DNA of 64,000 nt from Phaeosaccion multiseriatum (lineage: Eukaryota; Protista; Ochrophyta, other classes), in assembly GCA_965112735.1 (NCBI GenBank), contig OZ218955.1:620001-684000 (forward strand), given 5' to 3'. This document shows, piece after piece, positions 50,801 through 61,497 of this stretch. Position numbers and translations under genes: made by a program. The notes under the pieces were generated by a model. It was not told the origin of the DNA. It worked only from the letters and a program-made list of their open reading frames with translations, and did not search any database. Each line of letters begins with the position of its first letter. The first letter of the stretch is position 1.

Positions 50801-53800
50801 GATTGCAATTCTCACTACTTTTCCGTACCTGGAACAAGTTGATGAGAGGGAAGCCCGACACTGCGGTCCCCACGCTCAGCGAAACCTTCCCAAGTAAGAC
50901 GATGACGACGAACATGATGGCCAGCCACGCCAAGCCCTGCGCTGCGGCCGCAGTCGCCAGCCTGAAGGCCGTGTAGCCCAACTCGGCCTTGCGATGGGCA
51001 GGCATGTGCGCATCGGAGGCGTGCTGCCACTCCCGATCAGCGTTGCTGACAGAACTAGCCACCCCGCTCGGTGAAGGCTTCTCCTGTGCGTCTACTCGAG
51101 CCGTGCCCTCCCCGAGCGTCACACAGGCCTCGCTGATGAAGCTCGAGAGCGCATTCAATGTCGGCATATCGAAAACTGCGGCAGGAGTGATGATAGATCG
51201 AAGGCTCTCGTCCCTGCCCTCTCCGCCCGCTCGCTCGTCGCCTTCGTCTCCTTCAATAGCGTCGACCACTCGCGTCACCACCTCTGTAACCGCGACGGAA
51301 TCGTATGCCACCGCCTCCAGCACGTTCGGGTCCGGATCAGTGGCAAACGCACCCCCTGTGGCGCCGGAGACGCTCTCTACGGCGCTCATGACGATGTGCC
51401 TCACGGATGCCTCTCGCTCCAATGGCGAAACTGCCAGCAGCTCACCCATCCTCCCCGGTGCACCGAGCGGCTCGGTAGAAGCACCCGCAGCCCTAGCAGC
51501 CAGAGCTCGGGGAAGCGGGAAAGAGCGGCGCGTCTGGTATCCTGTCCATGCCCTTCGCTGTGGCTTGGCAGCAGCCATGGCGAAGTGCTGTGCCAATGCG
51601 TCAGTTGCGGGCACCTGCCCCTGCAGAATGCAATGCGCGTTGAATCCACCCAACCCAAAGGAGTTGACACCGGCGACCAAGCCCTCTTCGTCACTGCAGC
51701 ATGCTGCCAAGTCAGTCATCTGCGTAGGGAGCACTACGGGCAGCCCTTCGAGCTTCAGCATTGGATTGACCTCCTCGAGGTGCAGGTTGGGAGGCGCTGC
51801 CCCATGCTCCAGCACCAAGATGGCCTTGATGAGCTGCGCCATTCCCGAGGCACCCTCCATGTGGCCCAGCGTCGTCTTGACAGTGCCCACCACAAGGGGA
51901 GACTGGGGGGGTCGAAGGCCTGCATACACGGCCTTCAGAGCACCTGTATAGCACAGGAGAGGGCAGGAGAGGGGTGGAGAGGAGAGGAGAGGAGAGAAGA
52001 AGTGAGACGAGCAGAGGAGAAGACAGGAGAGGAGAGCAGAGAAGAGAAGAGAGGAGGGGAGGAGACGAGAGCGGAGGAGAGGGGAACATCACTTTACGAT
52101 AGTACAGCCCGTAGGGCCACAGCTCCGAGCTCCATGACAACGAGGAAAAGGACCGAGCCGAAGAGGGGCTGACGTACCCATCTCGATGGCGTCACCCGTG
52201 ACGGTGGCCGTGGCGTGCGCCTCTACGTAGGACACGTCGCTGCCCCTGTAGCCGGCGCGGGAGAGAGCCGCAGTAGCCACGCTCTTCTGCGCCACTCCTT
52301 TGGGGGCGGAGAGGGAGCTACTGACCCCACTGTGGCTTACCGCCGTCGCCTTGATAGTGGCGAGGATACGGTCGCCATTGAGCTTCGCATCCGCTGAACG
52401 TTTGAGCACCAGCGCTCCACAACCCTCGGCTCGAACGTAGCCGTCCGCAGTGGCGTCCAGAGATTTACAGCGTCTGACGGGAGATCCGAACAAACGATCC
52501 ATGGTTGCAAGCGCAGTGAGGTTAAGTAGCCCAGGCTTGGAAAAATGGACAAGCGCAGTCAATGGAAGGCTGTGGCAAAGTCAAACTCACCCTAGTTTGG
52601 AGAGGAGTCCTGCCTTGTCGAGTGCTCCGAAAGTCTGGCGATGCAGCAGAAGATTGACACCCCCCACCACCGCGCCGCTGCATTTGCCCAGCACAAGATT
52701 GTTGCAAGCCGTGTCAAGTGCCACAAGAGCAGAGGGGCATCCCGTGTCGATGGTCTGGCAATTGCCCGTGAGGCCCAGCGTGTGCGATATGCGGCCCGCC
52801 ACGCACGCTGCGCTCCCCCCGACGAGGGAGTATGCGCTTTGCTTTGCGCCGCTCTCCTGCTGAAGCACGTTCCACTCTGCTCCGGACTTGCCGATGAACA
52901 CCCCGATATCCAGGCCGTGCAGACTCTCTAGCCCCTTGTCGAATCCCGCCCTGTACAGGGCCTCGTACGCAGTCTCCAGCATGATACGCTGGCTGGGGTC
53001 GAGCGCTTCCGCCTCCGCTAGAGAGATGCTGAAGAAGGCGTTGTCGAACTTGTCGACACCATCGATAAAGCCACCTTTGCACAAGAGAGGGCGTCGGAGG
53101 TGAGAGGGGGAGGGAGGGCGAGGGAGAGGGAGAGGGAAAGAGAGAGGGAGAGGGAGAGGGAGAGAGAGAGGGAGAGGGAGAGGGAGAGGGAGAGGGAGAG
53201 GGAGAGGGAGAGGGAGAGGGAGAGGGAGAGAGGGAGGGGGAGGGGGAGGGGGAGGGAGAGGGAGAGGGAACGGGAAAGGGAAAGGGGGAGGGAGAGGGAG
53301 AGGGAGAGGGAGAGGGAGAGGGGGAGGGAGAGGGAGAGGGCGAGGGAGAGGGAGAGAGAGAGGGAGAGGGAGAGGGAGAGGGAGAGGGAGAGGGAGAGGG
53401 AGAGGGAGAGGGAGAGGGAGAGGGAGAGGGAGAGGGAGAGGGAGAGGGAGAAATGGAAATCACCCACCCGACTGTGTTTGTTAGCAATGCAATCAACCAA
53501 CTCAACCGATTCATGTACAGGCCCCTCACCTTGGATTCCGGCCCCCAGGCCTCGCTCGGGCGGAGCTTCGGAGACGCAGTCCTGCTCGGAACACAGCTTG
53601 ACCCAGAGCTCCTCCGGGCTGTTGCAGCCCCCCGGGAAGCGGCACGACATCCCGATGACCGCAATGTCCCTGTCACCCGCCGCTTCAGCTTCAAGTTGCA
53701 GAGGAGCGGAAATCGAGTCAGTCCCACTCGCGCTTCTCTCGTCCCCGTACAGCGCTTCGTGGAGATGCGCTGCCAGCAAGGCGGGTGTGGGGAAGTCGAA

Positions 53801-56800
53801 GAACGCTGTAGCCTCAATGTCCAAGGCCCTTCCGTCCGCCGCGCTGCTGTACAAAAGGTCCTCCAGTGTCTGCGCCAGCCCAGCCAGTCCCTCCGACGTG
53901 ATGCCTGCGTCCATGAAGCGGTCAGTGGCCCGCAGGCCGGGGTTGCCGGATGCCTCTCTGGCAGAGTCGACCACTCGCTCGAGGATGAACGCCACGCGAG
54001 CAGCCTTGACCACTCCTTCAATGCCTTCTTTCATCACCGGCATGCCATCCGCTGCATGCTCCGTGCTGCTACTGCTTCTGTCCACCGTTTTCGCTTGCAT
54101 CAGCGCCGGTATGTTACGAAGTGGCCCATCCGAAGGGTTGGTGCTGTCCACCGCCCCGTCTCCCCCACTCGCCACTGTCTCGGCCGTGAGTTCGTATACC
54201 GTATGCAGCTCGTCCGCGTGAAGTGCCTGCCTTGTCGCCCGCCTTCGGATCTTGCCGCTCGTGGTCTTGGGGATGGTCTTCTGCTTGATGGCCATTACTC
54301 TAGCCGCCTTGAGGCCAAATGAGGACGAAAGCATGGCTTGAGCAGCCTCCACCACTGCCCGGGTCTCGCTCTCTCGCTCCTGACGGATCTCGAACACCAC
54401 CTCCAGCACGCCGTCCCCTCCCGTCTCGTCTGAGGAGAAGGCCGCCACACAGCCCTGCCGAATGGCATCAGAGGCCTCTTGCACAGCAAACTCGACGTCC
54501 TGCGGGTAGTGGTTGACCCCGTTGAAGATGATGAGGTCCTTGATACGGCCGCACATGTACAGCAGCCCCTCCTCCACGAAGCCCAAGTCACCTGTCCGCA
54601 GGTACTCGCGGCTGCTCGCGGCCCTATCGCGAAGAGAGAGCTCGGCCCGGAACACCTCCTTCGACAGCTCGGGCTTGCCCCAGTATCCGGCGGCGACAGA
54701 GGGGGAGCACACCCATATCTCTCCCACCGCGCCCGCTTCATGGACCTCGACCATGGTGTCGGTGTCGACGATTCGAATGTCCATAAAGTCTGCCCTCTCG
54801 CTCGGGGAGCCAACGCTGGTGAGGTCGGGGCGAGAAGGCGATCGATCGGGGACAGTGGCCCAGGAGACTGGGGAAAGTGTGCAAGGGGGTGGGGAAGGCG
54901 AGAGGACGAGTGTATGAGCCTCTGGACCGATTCTTACACTGAGAGCGAATTAACTGCACCACCGCCTGTCCCTTCGCCTCGACCCGCCCCCCCTTCTGTG
55001 CAGACTTCTTACCTGACACTACGTGCTCAGCGAGCCCGTACGCAGCCGAGAACCACCTTACAGTGCACACGTCACAGAGATGCACGTACATGGGAGAGGT
55101 ATAAGGATAGAGACGACTCAGCGGCCGAAAAAAGGGGGGAGCATGGAGGATGTCGTGACAGGTCTCTCGAGCTCAAGCGCAGTCATAGCTCTTGCCACAC
55201 ACTCACTCACCCCTGACGGAGGCCGAAAGGCAGGAAGGCCCCTTCGAACCTCTCCACCGTCTCCGTTCGAATGGGCTCAGCTCCCGACGTCAGCGTGACC
55301 ACGAAGGACAGATCCAGCTTGGGCTCCTTGCGAGTGCCGCGGATCTTGGCCATGTACCGGGCGCAGAGGGCATAGGCGAAGTCGGGGGCGACGGACCACT
55401 CCACGCGGTGCCGAGAGACAAGCTCCAGCCAGAGCAGGGGCCGCTTGATGAAGCTCACGGGGGACATGTAATGCATAGTCATGCCCGTCAGGAAGGGGGT
55501 GAGGAGGCCGAGTACGAGACCCATGTCCTGTGGGAGGGGCACCAAGCCAGCACAGACAGGTCCACCAGAGAAGGGGAGGGGGTAGGACAGGGCAGAGATT
55601 GGAGAGCGATTGAGCAACAAAGGCAAGCCTAGAAGCAAAACAAAGCAGCACAGAGGGGTGTCCACAGCCACAGCGTCGCACGTTCCCTCCCTCACACTCG
55701 GCGCCTCGCTCCTGGTCGTCCGTTTCCTATGTTTCTCCCCTCCCGCGGTTTGTTGTCTATAGCCACCCTTGCCCCTCCCTCGCCCCCTATTTACTCACAT
55801 GATACTGGGGCAACCACGAGAAGCCAATTGCGGGCAGGTTATGGATCCGCCTGCTGGTTGGTGCAACTTCCGTGGTGGGACCGCTGTAGCTCGCCTCAGA
55901 CTGGTGTGAAGAGGAGTCTCCAGCCTTCTTGTCCGAGGGCCACAGGTGGACCATGCCCGTAGCGGGGTGGCAGCCGATGAGATATACGTTGGCCATGAGC
56001 GCTCCGAAGGTTACCATGACGCCCTTGGGGTCACCGGTGGAGCCGCTGGTGTACTGCAGGAAGGCCAGGTCCTCTTCCGTCACGCCCGGCTCGTCAAAGC
56101 TCCTCGCCGACGAGGAGGAGGTGGAGGAAGAGAAGAAGCTCTGGAGCAATCCTCCATCGGTGGCCTTAAAGTCGAGGGCCTCAGGCCACAGCTTGCTGGA
56201 GTCAGAGAGTGGATTGGCCCTGTCCACTTTGCGCAGAGCTGCAATCTTGGAGTCGGTGAGGCAGAGCAGGGGCTTACAGTCCGCCACGATCTTGCTCATC
56301 TTGGGCAGTGACTTGGACAGGGGAGGAGCAGGCGGGTACACCATCACCGCCACCACACCCGCCCTCAGGCAGCCGAGGAAGGCCGCGAAGAAATGCAGGC
56401 CCGGCCCGTAGCACAGCACCACCATGCTGCCCTTGGGCACGCCCCACTCCTCGCGCAGCATGTAGGCAATCTTGCCCGCCTGAGTAGTTAACAATACGAG
56501 GGAGCGACGAGGGAGAAATACTAAGACGCCCTGACTAAGCCCCTCGTTATCACGAAGACGGGTGGTGCAATAGGCATGTAGCGGCAACAGCTGAGTCAGG
56601 CGGCGGGTAGCAAAGGAAGGCGCCATGAACGCTCGCGGCTGTGACGCGTCAATCTCGCCCATCCCTTCTTCAGCTCCTTACCTCATCCCACATACGCTTG
56701 AAGCTGTACTGCTCCGTTTGCTTTCCCTTGCCATCGTACCAAAAGGCGAAGAGCTTGTCGTCGAGCTCGGTTGCAACCTCCTGTGCCCTCCCCAGCAGCA

Positions 56801-56843
56801 TGGCAGTGTGCGAGGCCGTTCGCTTCAATACGTTTTCCCCGGC
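47821..56843 (-). CDS. Hybrid megasynthase: FAAL-like adenylation - ACP - KS - ACP - Pls/PosA-type membrane/left-handed-beta-helix terminal domain (about 13 exons; probably extends upstream to about 58064)
   Basis: Adenylation: [22 protein letters not shown]|[49 protein letters not shown]1: FMDAGITS...[16 protein letters not shown]: [74 protein letters not shown]2: AYDSVAV...[14 protein letters not shown]. Terminal region: three repeats of TM pair + KW..VG + Y(R/K)..GA.I + hexapeptide repeats. The splice junctions I checked keep the frame. Confidence 0.9.
53100..53451. repeat. (GAGAGG)n hexanucleotide array in the intron (53529-53075) splitting the KS domain
   Basis: Directly visible; it explains the spurious SPSP/SLSL/RERE ORFs. 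Confidence 0.95.
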
Positions 56844-57042
56844 CTAGGCAAAGGGAAGCAAGCGAACAAGAAGGGGGAGCAACAAATAAGGTCAACGAAT
56901 CGATCAGCCTTGCTCCCAAACGGTTGGGTATCACTACAGCGTGATGGCAGTGTTGAGCGAGGAAGCTCGGGGTATGCTGAAGAAAATATAGATCATAAGC
57001 AACAACCGATACAGTTCATTTTCATTCCCACCCTATTTGCAC

Positions 57043-57472
57043 CTGTGGGGGGGGCTGCAGAGCCACCTCTGCAGTCACAGATGGACTCGTATCGGCATTC
57101 TTCACTCCCACCGTATCGGCTGCGATGAGCTCGTGCACCTTATGTAGCGTGCCATCATGTAGCGCCTGCCTCGTCGCTCCCCGGCGGATCTTGCCGCTCG
57201 TGGTCTTGGGGATGGTCTTCTGCCTGATGGCCACCACCTTGGCCGCCCTGAGGCCGAAGAAAGACGACAATGCGGCTTGCGCGGCCTCCACCACTGCCCG
57301 GGCCTCGCTCTCTCGCTCCTGACGAATCTCGAACACCACCACGAGCACGCCATCCCCTCCCTTCTCGTCGGAGGAGAAGGCCGCCACACAGCCCTGCCGA
57401 ATGGCGTCAGAGGCCTCTTGCACGGTGAACTGCACGTCCTGTGGAGAAGCCCTCGCTGCGTCCACGCCCGTT
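57043..57472 (-). other. Diverged second copy of the adenylation C-terminal subdomain (homologous to about 54175-54505), probably an in-frame upstream exon of the megasynthase
   Basis: [27 protein letters not shown]...[19 protein letters not shown] versus [27 protein letters not shown]...[19 protein letters not shown]. Open frame, acceptor at 57473, phase-0 donor at 57042. Confidence 0.8.
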
Positions 57473-59141
57473 CTGCCGCAGAAGAGGGGGGGTGTTTGGG
57501 TGGGGGGGGGTAGAGTGACGCGCGGCTGAGTGATGGGAGGAGGGGGGGGGGGGCGAAGGAATGGCCGGCCGTGCGGCTCTGGACACGGGCTGTGTATGGG
57601 AATGCTATGCTTCTCTGCCTCCTCGCTCACCCCTTTCTGCAAAGCCTCTCCCACAGCAGCTCCGCCCTCTCCTGCCGAGCCTGAGCATCAGCTTTGCCCG
57701 GCGCTCGTGTCTGCGCCGCTCCCGCATCCATAGCTGCGCCCGCCTGCGTTGAGTACTTGCCGGGCACTCCCCCTCCTCCTTGCTCCTCTTTCTCCTCGGC
57801 CCTACTTGCAGCATTCTCTCCTCCAGCACGCCGGCCACCCTTTCCCCCGCCGCTCTTCCCCCGCCATTTCACTTTGTCTCGGTGTCCCTTCTTCCCCGGC
57901 AGCAGCTCGTCGGCATCGACTTGGCTTTCCCTCTCCGTCCGGCTTCGCTCATTGCCCCCATAGACACCACCACGGAGCGCCTCGGCAGCTGTGCTAGTGC
58001 TTCTTCGAGAGGTTTGCTCCCCGTCTTGCTTGTCTCCCCCTTCCGCCCGAGAGAGCTCGCCCATCTTCCTCCTACTTGGCTCTCCTGCTCACTGGCAAGA
58101 GAGAGCTGGTGGCCGAGTGTGCTACGCTTATGGGCCACCTGCAGAACCACAGATCCAGACAAGGGAGGCGGGAGGCGGGACATGCGCACGAGAAGGCGCT
58201 AGACGTCATACTGAAGCACGAGTGAATTAAACCTTCCTCTGCGTGTATCACTTGCATGTTCTGTGGCTGGTGGTGCGAACCAGTGAACAGAGACACCACG
58301 ATCGGACGAGGGGTGGAAGAAAGAGTCAGACGACACTTTGTGAGTGGCGTTGGGCAGCGGGGGGATGAGTAGGCGAGGGATTGCGAGGATACGGTGAAAG
58401 AAAGAGTTCTGCCCGTGCTGCCACTGTACCAAACCTGCTTCTTGCTGCTCCTTGCGGCGTACTGCTGCTCCTCCTGCTGCTGCTCCTCCTACTCCTGTTG
58501 CCTATGCCTCCACCCCCCCACGACGGCTAGCTTGTGTGGACAAGGCGCTGTCCTCTCTCGCTGTCTCCTCTCGCGTATCAGCGCTGCTCGTGTCAGCCGC
58601 GTGTTGCCAAATTGAACCTCACACTGAATTGGCGGGAACACTAAACTATTTCAAGAGCTTGGGACGGGGGATGGAGAGGCAAAGAGGTTTGACTTGGAGG
58701 CCTCAGCTTCCGGAGGACTCTGAACTCAGGATCTGTCGCTCCTCCTGGGAGACGGAAAAGGAGGCAGGATCGCGAGAAGGATCGAAGAGGCAAGCATGCC
58801 GAGCAAGCGACAGAGAGAGGAGACAAGCTCGGCTGACCTGATTGAGGAGGTCGCAGATGAGACGGAAAGTAAGGTGGCCATGAGAGAGGTGAAGGGAGAA
58901 GGACGCGAGGGAGCCACTGTAGACCCGCCACTGCCACCCTCTCGAACGGAGAGTCGAGCGCAGACAGGGCAGAGAAGGGCAAAGACAGCCAACTGCCGCG
59001 CCTGTTAGCGAGTGCTGTGGGAGCCACGCCAAGCCCTACTCAATGCAGCTCGTCCCTCCTCCCCCCTTCGCCGAGATGGTGGTCCCAACGTGATGATGCG
59101 GAGCCACCGGTCCTGGTCGTGTACCACCCACATTCGGACAG

Positions 59142-60124
59142 GTTGGTGCACATTTCATATGTCGCGGTCTCTGACTTGCCGCTCGTACTTCGCCAATCAG
59201 GAAAGGCCTCCTGTCATCAAGAGCTTTGACCTTTACGGCCCTGCATCCTGCAGCGCTCACCCACTCTCTTCCCCGCGCTCCCACCCTGCCTTGTGGCCCG
59301 CCCTTGACATGCCCCAACCTGATGCTCGCTCCTCTCTCTGCAGAAAAAGCGTGGCCAAGAGAGTGAAGAAAAGTGTTCCCCCCGGTGGCGCTAGATACAC
59401 CATCGCCCCCGAGGCCGGTAGCGCCTTCCTGAAGCTCGGACACACACCCAAGTATATCGAGAAAGTACTTAAGCGCTGCAGGTGAGCCGCCTGCGGGGCC
59501 TGCCGCACGGATTCATCCCGCCCTGTTTGCGGCCCGTCAGGTTGCAGCGAACTTCCAAAGTGGTGGTGGCGCTCTCGTGTAGCCATGGGGTCCGACTTCG
59601 AGGATGAGATAGGCGATTGTCTCTCTCTCTTGTGTGTGTCTCTTTCTCCCTTTGCTGGAGTGTGCTGTATTTCAACCCTGTACCTCTGCTTCTTCGACTC
59701 TGCCTCGCTCTGTCGACCCCGTTGCGTTGCAATTCCTCGTGACCCAGCGAGGCCGAAAAAGACCAAGAGGGCGGGCCTGTGCGTGTGGACACGGCTGGCA
59801 CGGCCACAGTCGGCAAGGGTAGTAAAGAAGTGATCTGTCATCTACAGGGCAGCAGGAGCGGTCAAGCTCGCCATCGATGCCGTGACGGGGGCAGGCGCCC
59901 CCGCGAAGGACATCACCACCAAGTCCCTCAATAAACCCTCCAGTCCTGGTACTGAGGAGGGCAGGGAAAGATTCGCGTCCGCGGTGTGTCTCACAGGCCA
60001 ACGAGGACAGCACGCCGTGAGAAGAAGGGCGGCGAACGACTCCTTCTTCAACAACGCAGCTCTGGGCGCCCTCTACTACCTCGAGAGCAATCCCAACGGA
60101 GAGAGTCGCGTCGCCGTGGTGAAC

Positions 60125-60126
<2 letters not shown>
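59142..60126 (+). pseudogene. Truncated, degenerate histone-deacetylase-like (class II/AcuC-type) gene fragment
   Basis: APEAGSAFLKLGHTPKYIEKV, R|[25 protein letters not shown] (cf. RPPGHHA), [12 protein letters not shown] (cf. GFCxFNNxAI), RVAVVNI (cf. RVAIVDxDVHHGNG), then abruptly (TG)n. Confidence 0.6.
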
Positions 60127-60176
<50 letters not shown>

Positions 60177-60320
60177 CGTGTGTGTTCGTGTGTGTGTATG
60201 TGTGTATGTGTGTATGTGTGCGTGTATGTGGTATGCGTCTTCTCCCCACGTCATCTCACCCCTCTCTGCTGGTGTCCTCTATCCCGACTTTTGTTTTCAT
60301 TATACTTCCGTTTCGAGCAG

Positions 60321-61160
60321 GAGTTGAACGCTTGCCTCGAAGAGAAGAAGGACGTCTCTGCAGCGGCACTTCAGCTGTTCAGCAAAAGGAGAGCGAAGGA
60401 GGCGAAGGCTCTCGTCGATGTGAGTAGGATTGGGAGGATTTTCTGTTAGGGATCGACAAGGGGAGAGAGAGAGGGATGGAAGGAGTGAGGGGAGGGATTG
60501 CGAACGGGGGAGAGGGAGAGAGAGATAGGGAGGGAGAGAGCGCGAGAGATAACGTGGGAGAGAGAGAGAGTGACTGTGTGAGAGAACGTGGGAGAGAGAG
60601 AGAGAGAGACAGAGAGACTGTGTGAGTGAAAGAGAGGTATAACGAGTCGCGAGAGTGTGTGTGGGGGAATGGTGCGCACGGGACGCATGTAGAGAACTCT
60701 CTCGTCCGCGCCGCGTGTAGTGCCATCCACGTCGAGGGAGAGGTGCTCGAGTCCGACATTCTTCGCCTTCCCTGATATCCAACCCCCCTCCTCCCACCTC
60801 TCCCTCCCTCTCTCTGTCCTTCTCTCTCCTTCCTTTCTTCCCCCTTATCTCCCTCCCCCCCCCCTCCCTTCTTTCGTCGAACAGATGAGTCGCACTTTCG
60901 ATAGTCAGGGCATCAGGGCAGCCGTGACCTTCATTATCCCCATCATTCTGGACAGCATCTTTCACCAAAAGCTTCCGAAGCTGTTCGCCCCCAACACCAT
61001 CAGTTTCCTCCAACAGCCACAAAACACCTTCACGGCAGTCCGACGGAGGAAGCGCATGGGCCGTCTGGGTCAAGTGGGAATCATCGCCGCTGCGCTGACG
61101 GCAGCGCTTCGCGTCGGCCTCTTTGTGGGGAAGCAGGCAATCCGACTCGTGCTGGTGTAG
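60321..61160 (+). pseudogene. 3'-only duplicate (last two exons) of the FAD monooxygenase
   Basis: [10 protein letters not shown]...ALVD and MSRTFDSQG...IRLVLV*; upstream exons are absent; changes T>S, D>G, P>L versus copy 1. Confidence 0.85.
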
Positions 61161-61497
61161 TGTTCCTCTTTCAAAATTTACTTAATTACTGTACTACAAA
61201 ATTAGTCAACACTCCCTCTCCTCCTCCTGCCACTGTTGCTGCTCAATACACGTACAGCACGGAAGTCAGGGGAGGATGCAATGTGGAAGAAAGATGACCC
61301 TGACTATGACCGTGGCCCTGACTCTAACTCATTCACTCGGCCCCCACACTCTGCCCCCGACGTAGTGTGTCACTTTTCCCTCGAGGCGGCACACTCGCAC
61401 GCACTCACGTACTTGTACCTCCCTCGCAGCGTGCGTTCTTAGGCTGAGTCCTGTGAGTCAGTGAAACCAACCTCTTGCTTCACACCTCTAGCTACAA

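Noticed and set aside
52714-54221. Long SP-, SL- and RE-repeat ORFs as extensin-like or SR-like proteins
   Set aside because: They are translations of an intronic (GAGAGG)n array; splicing it out restores the KS.
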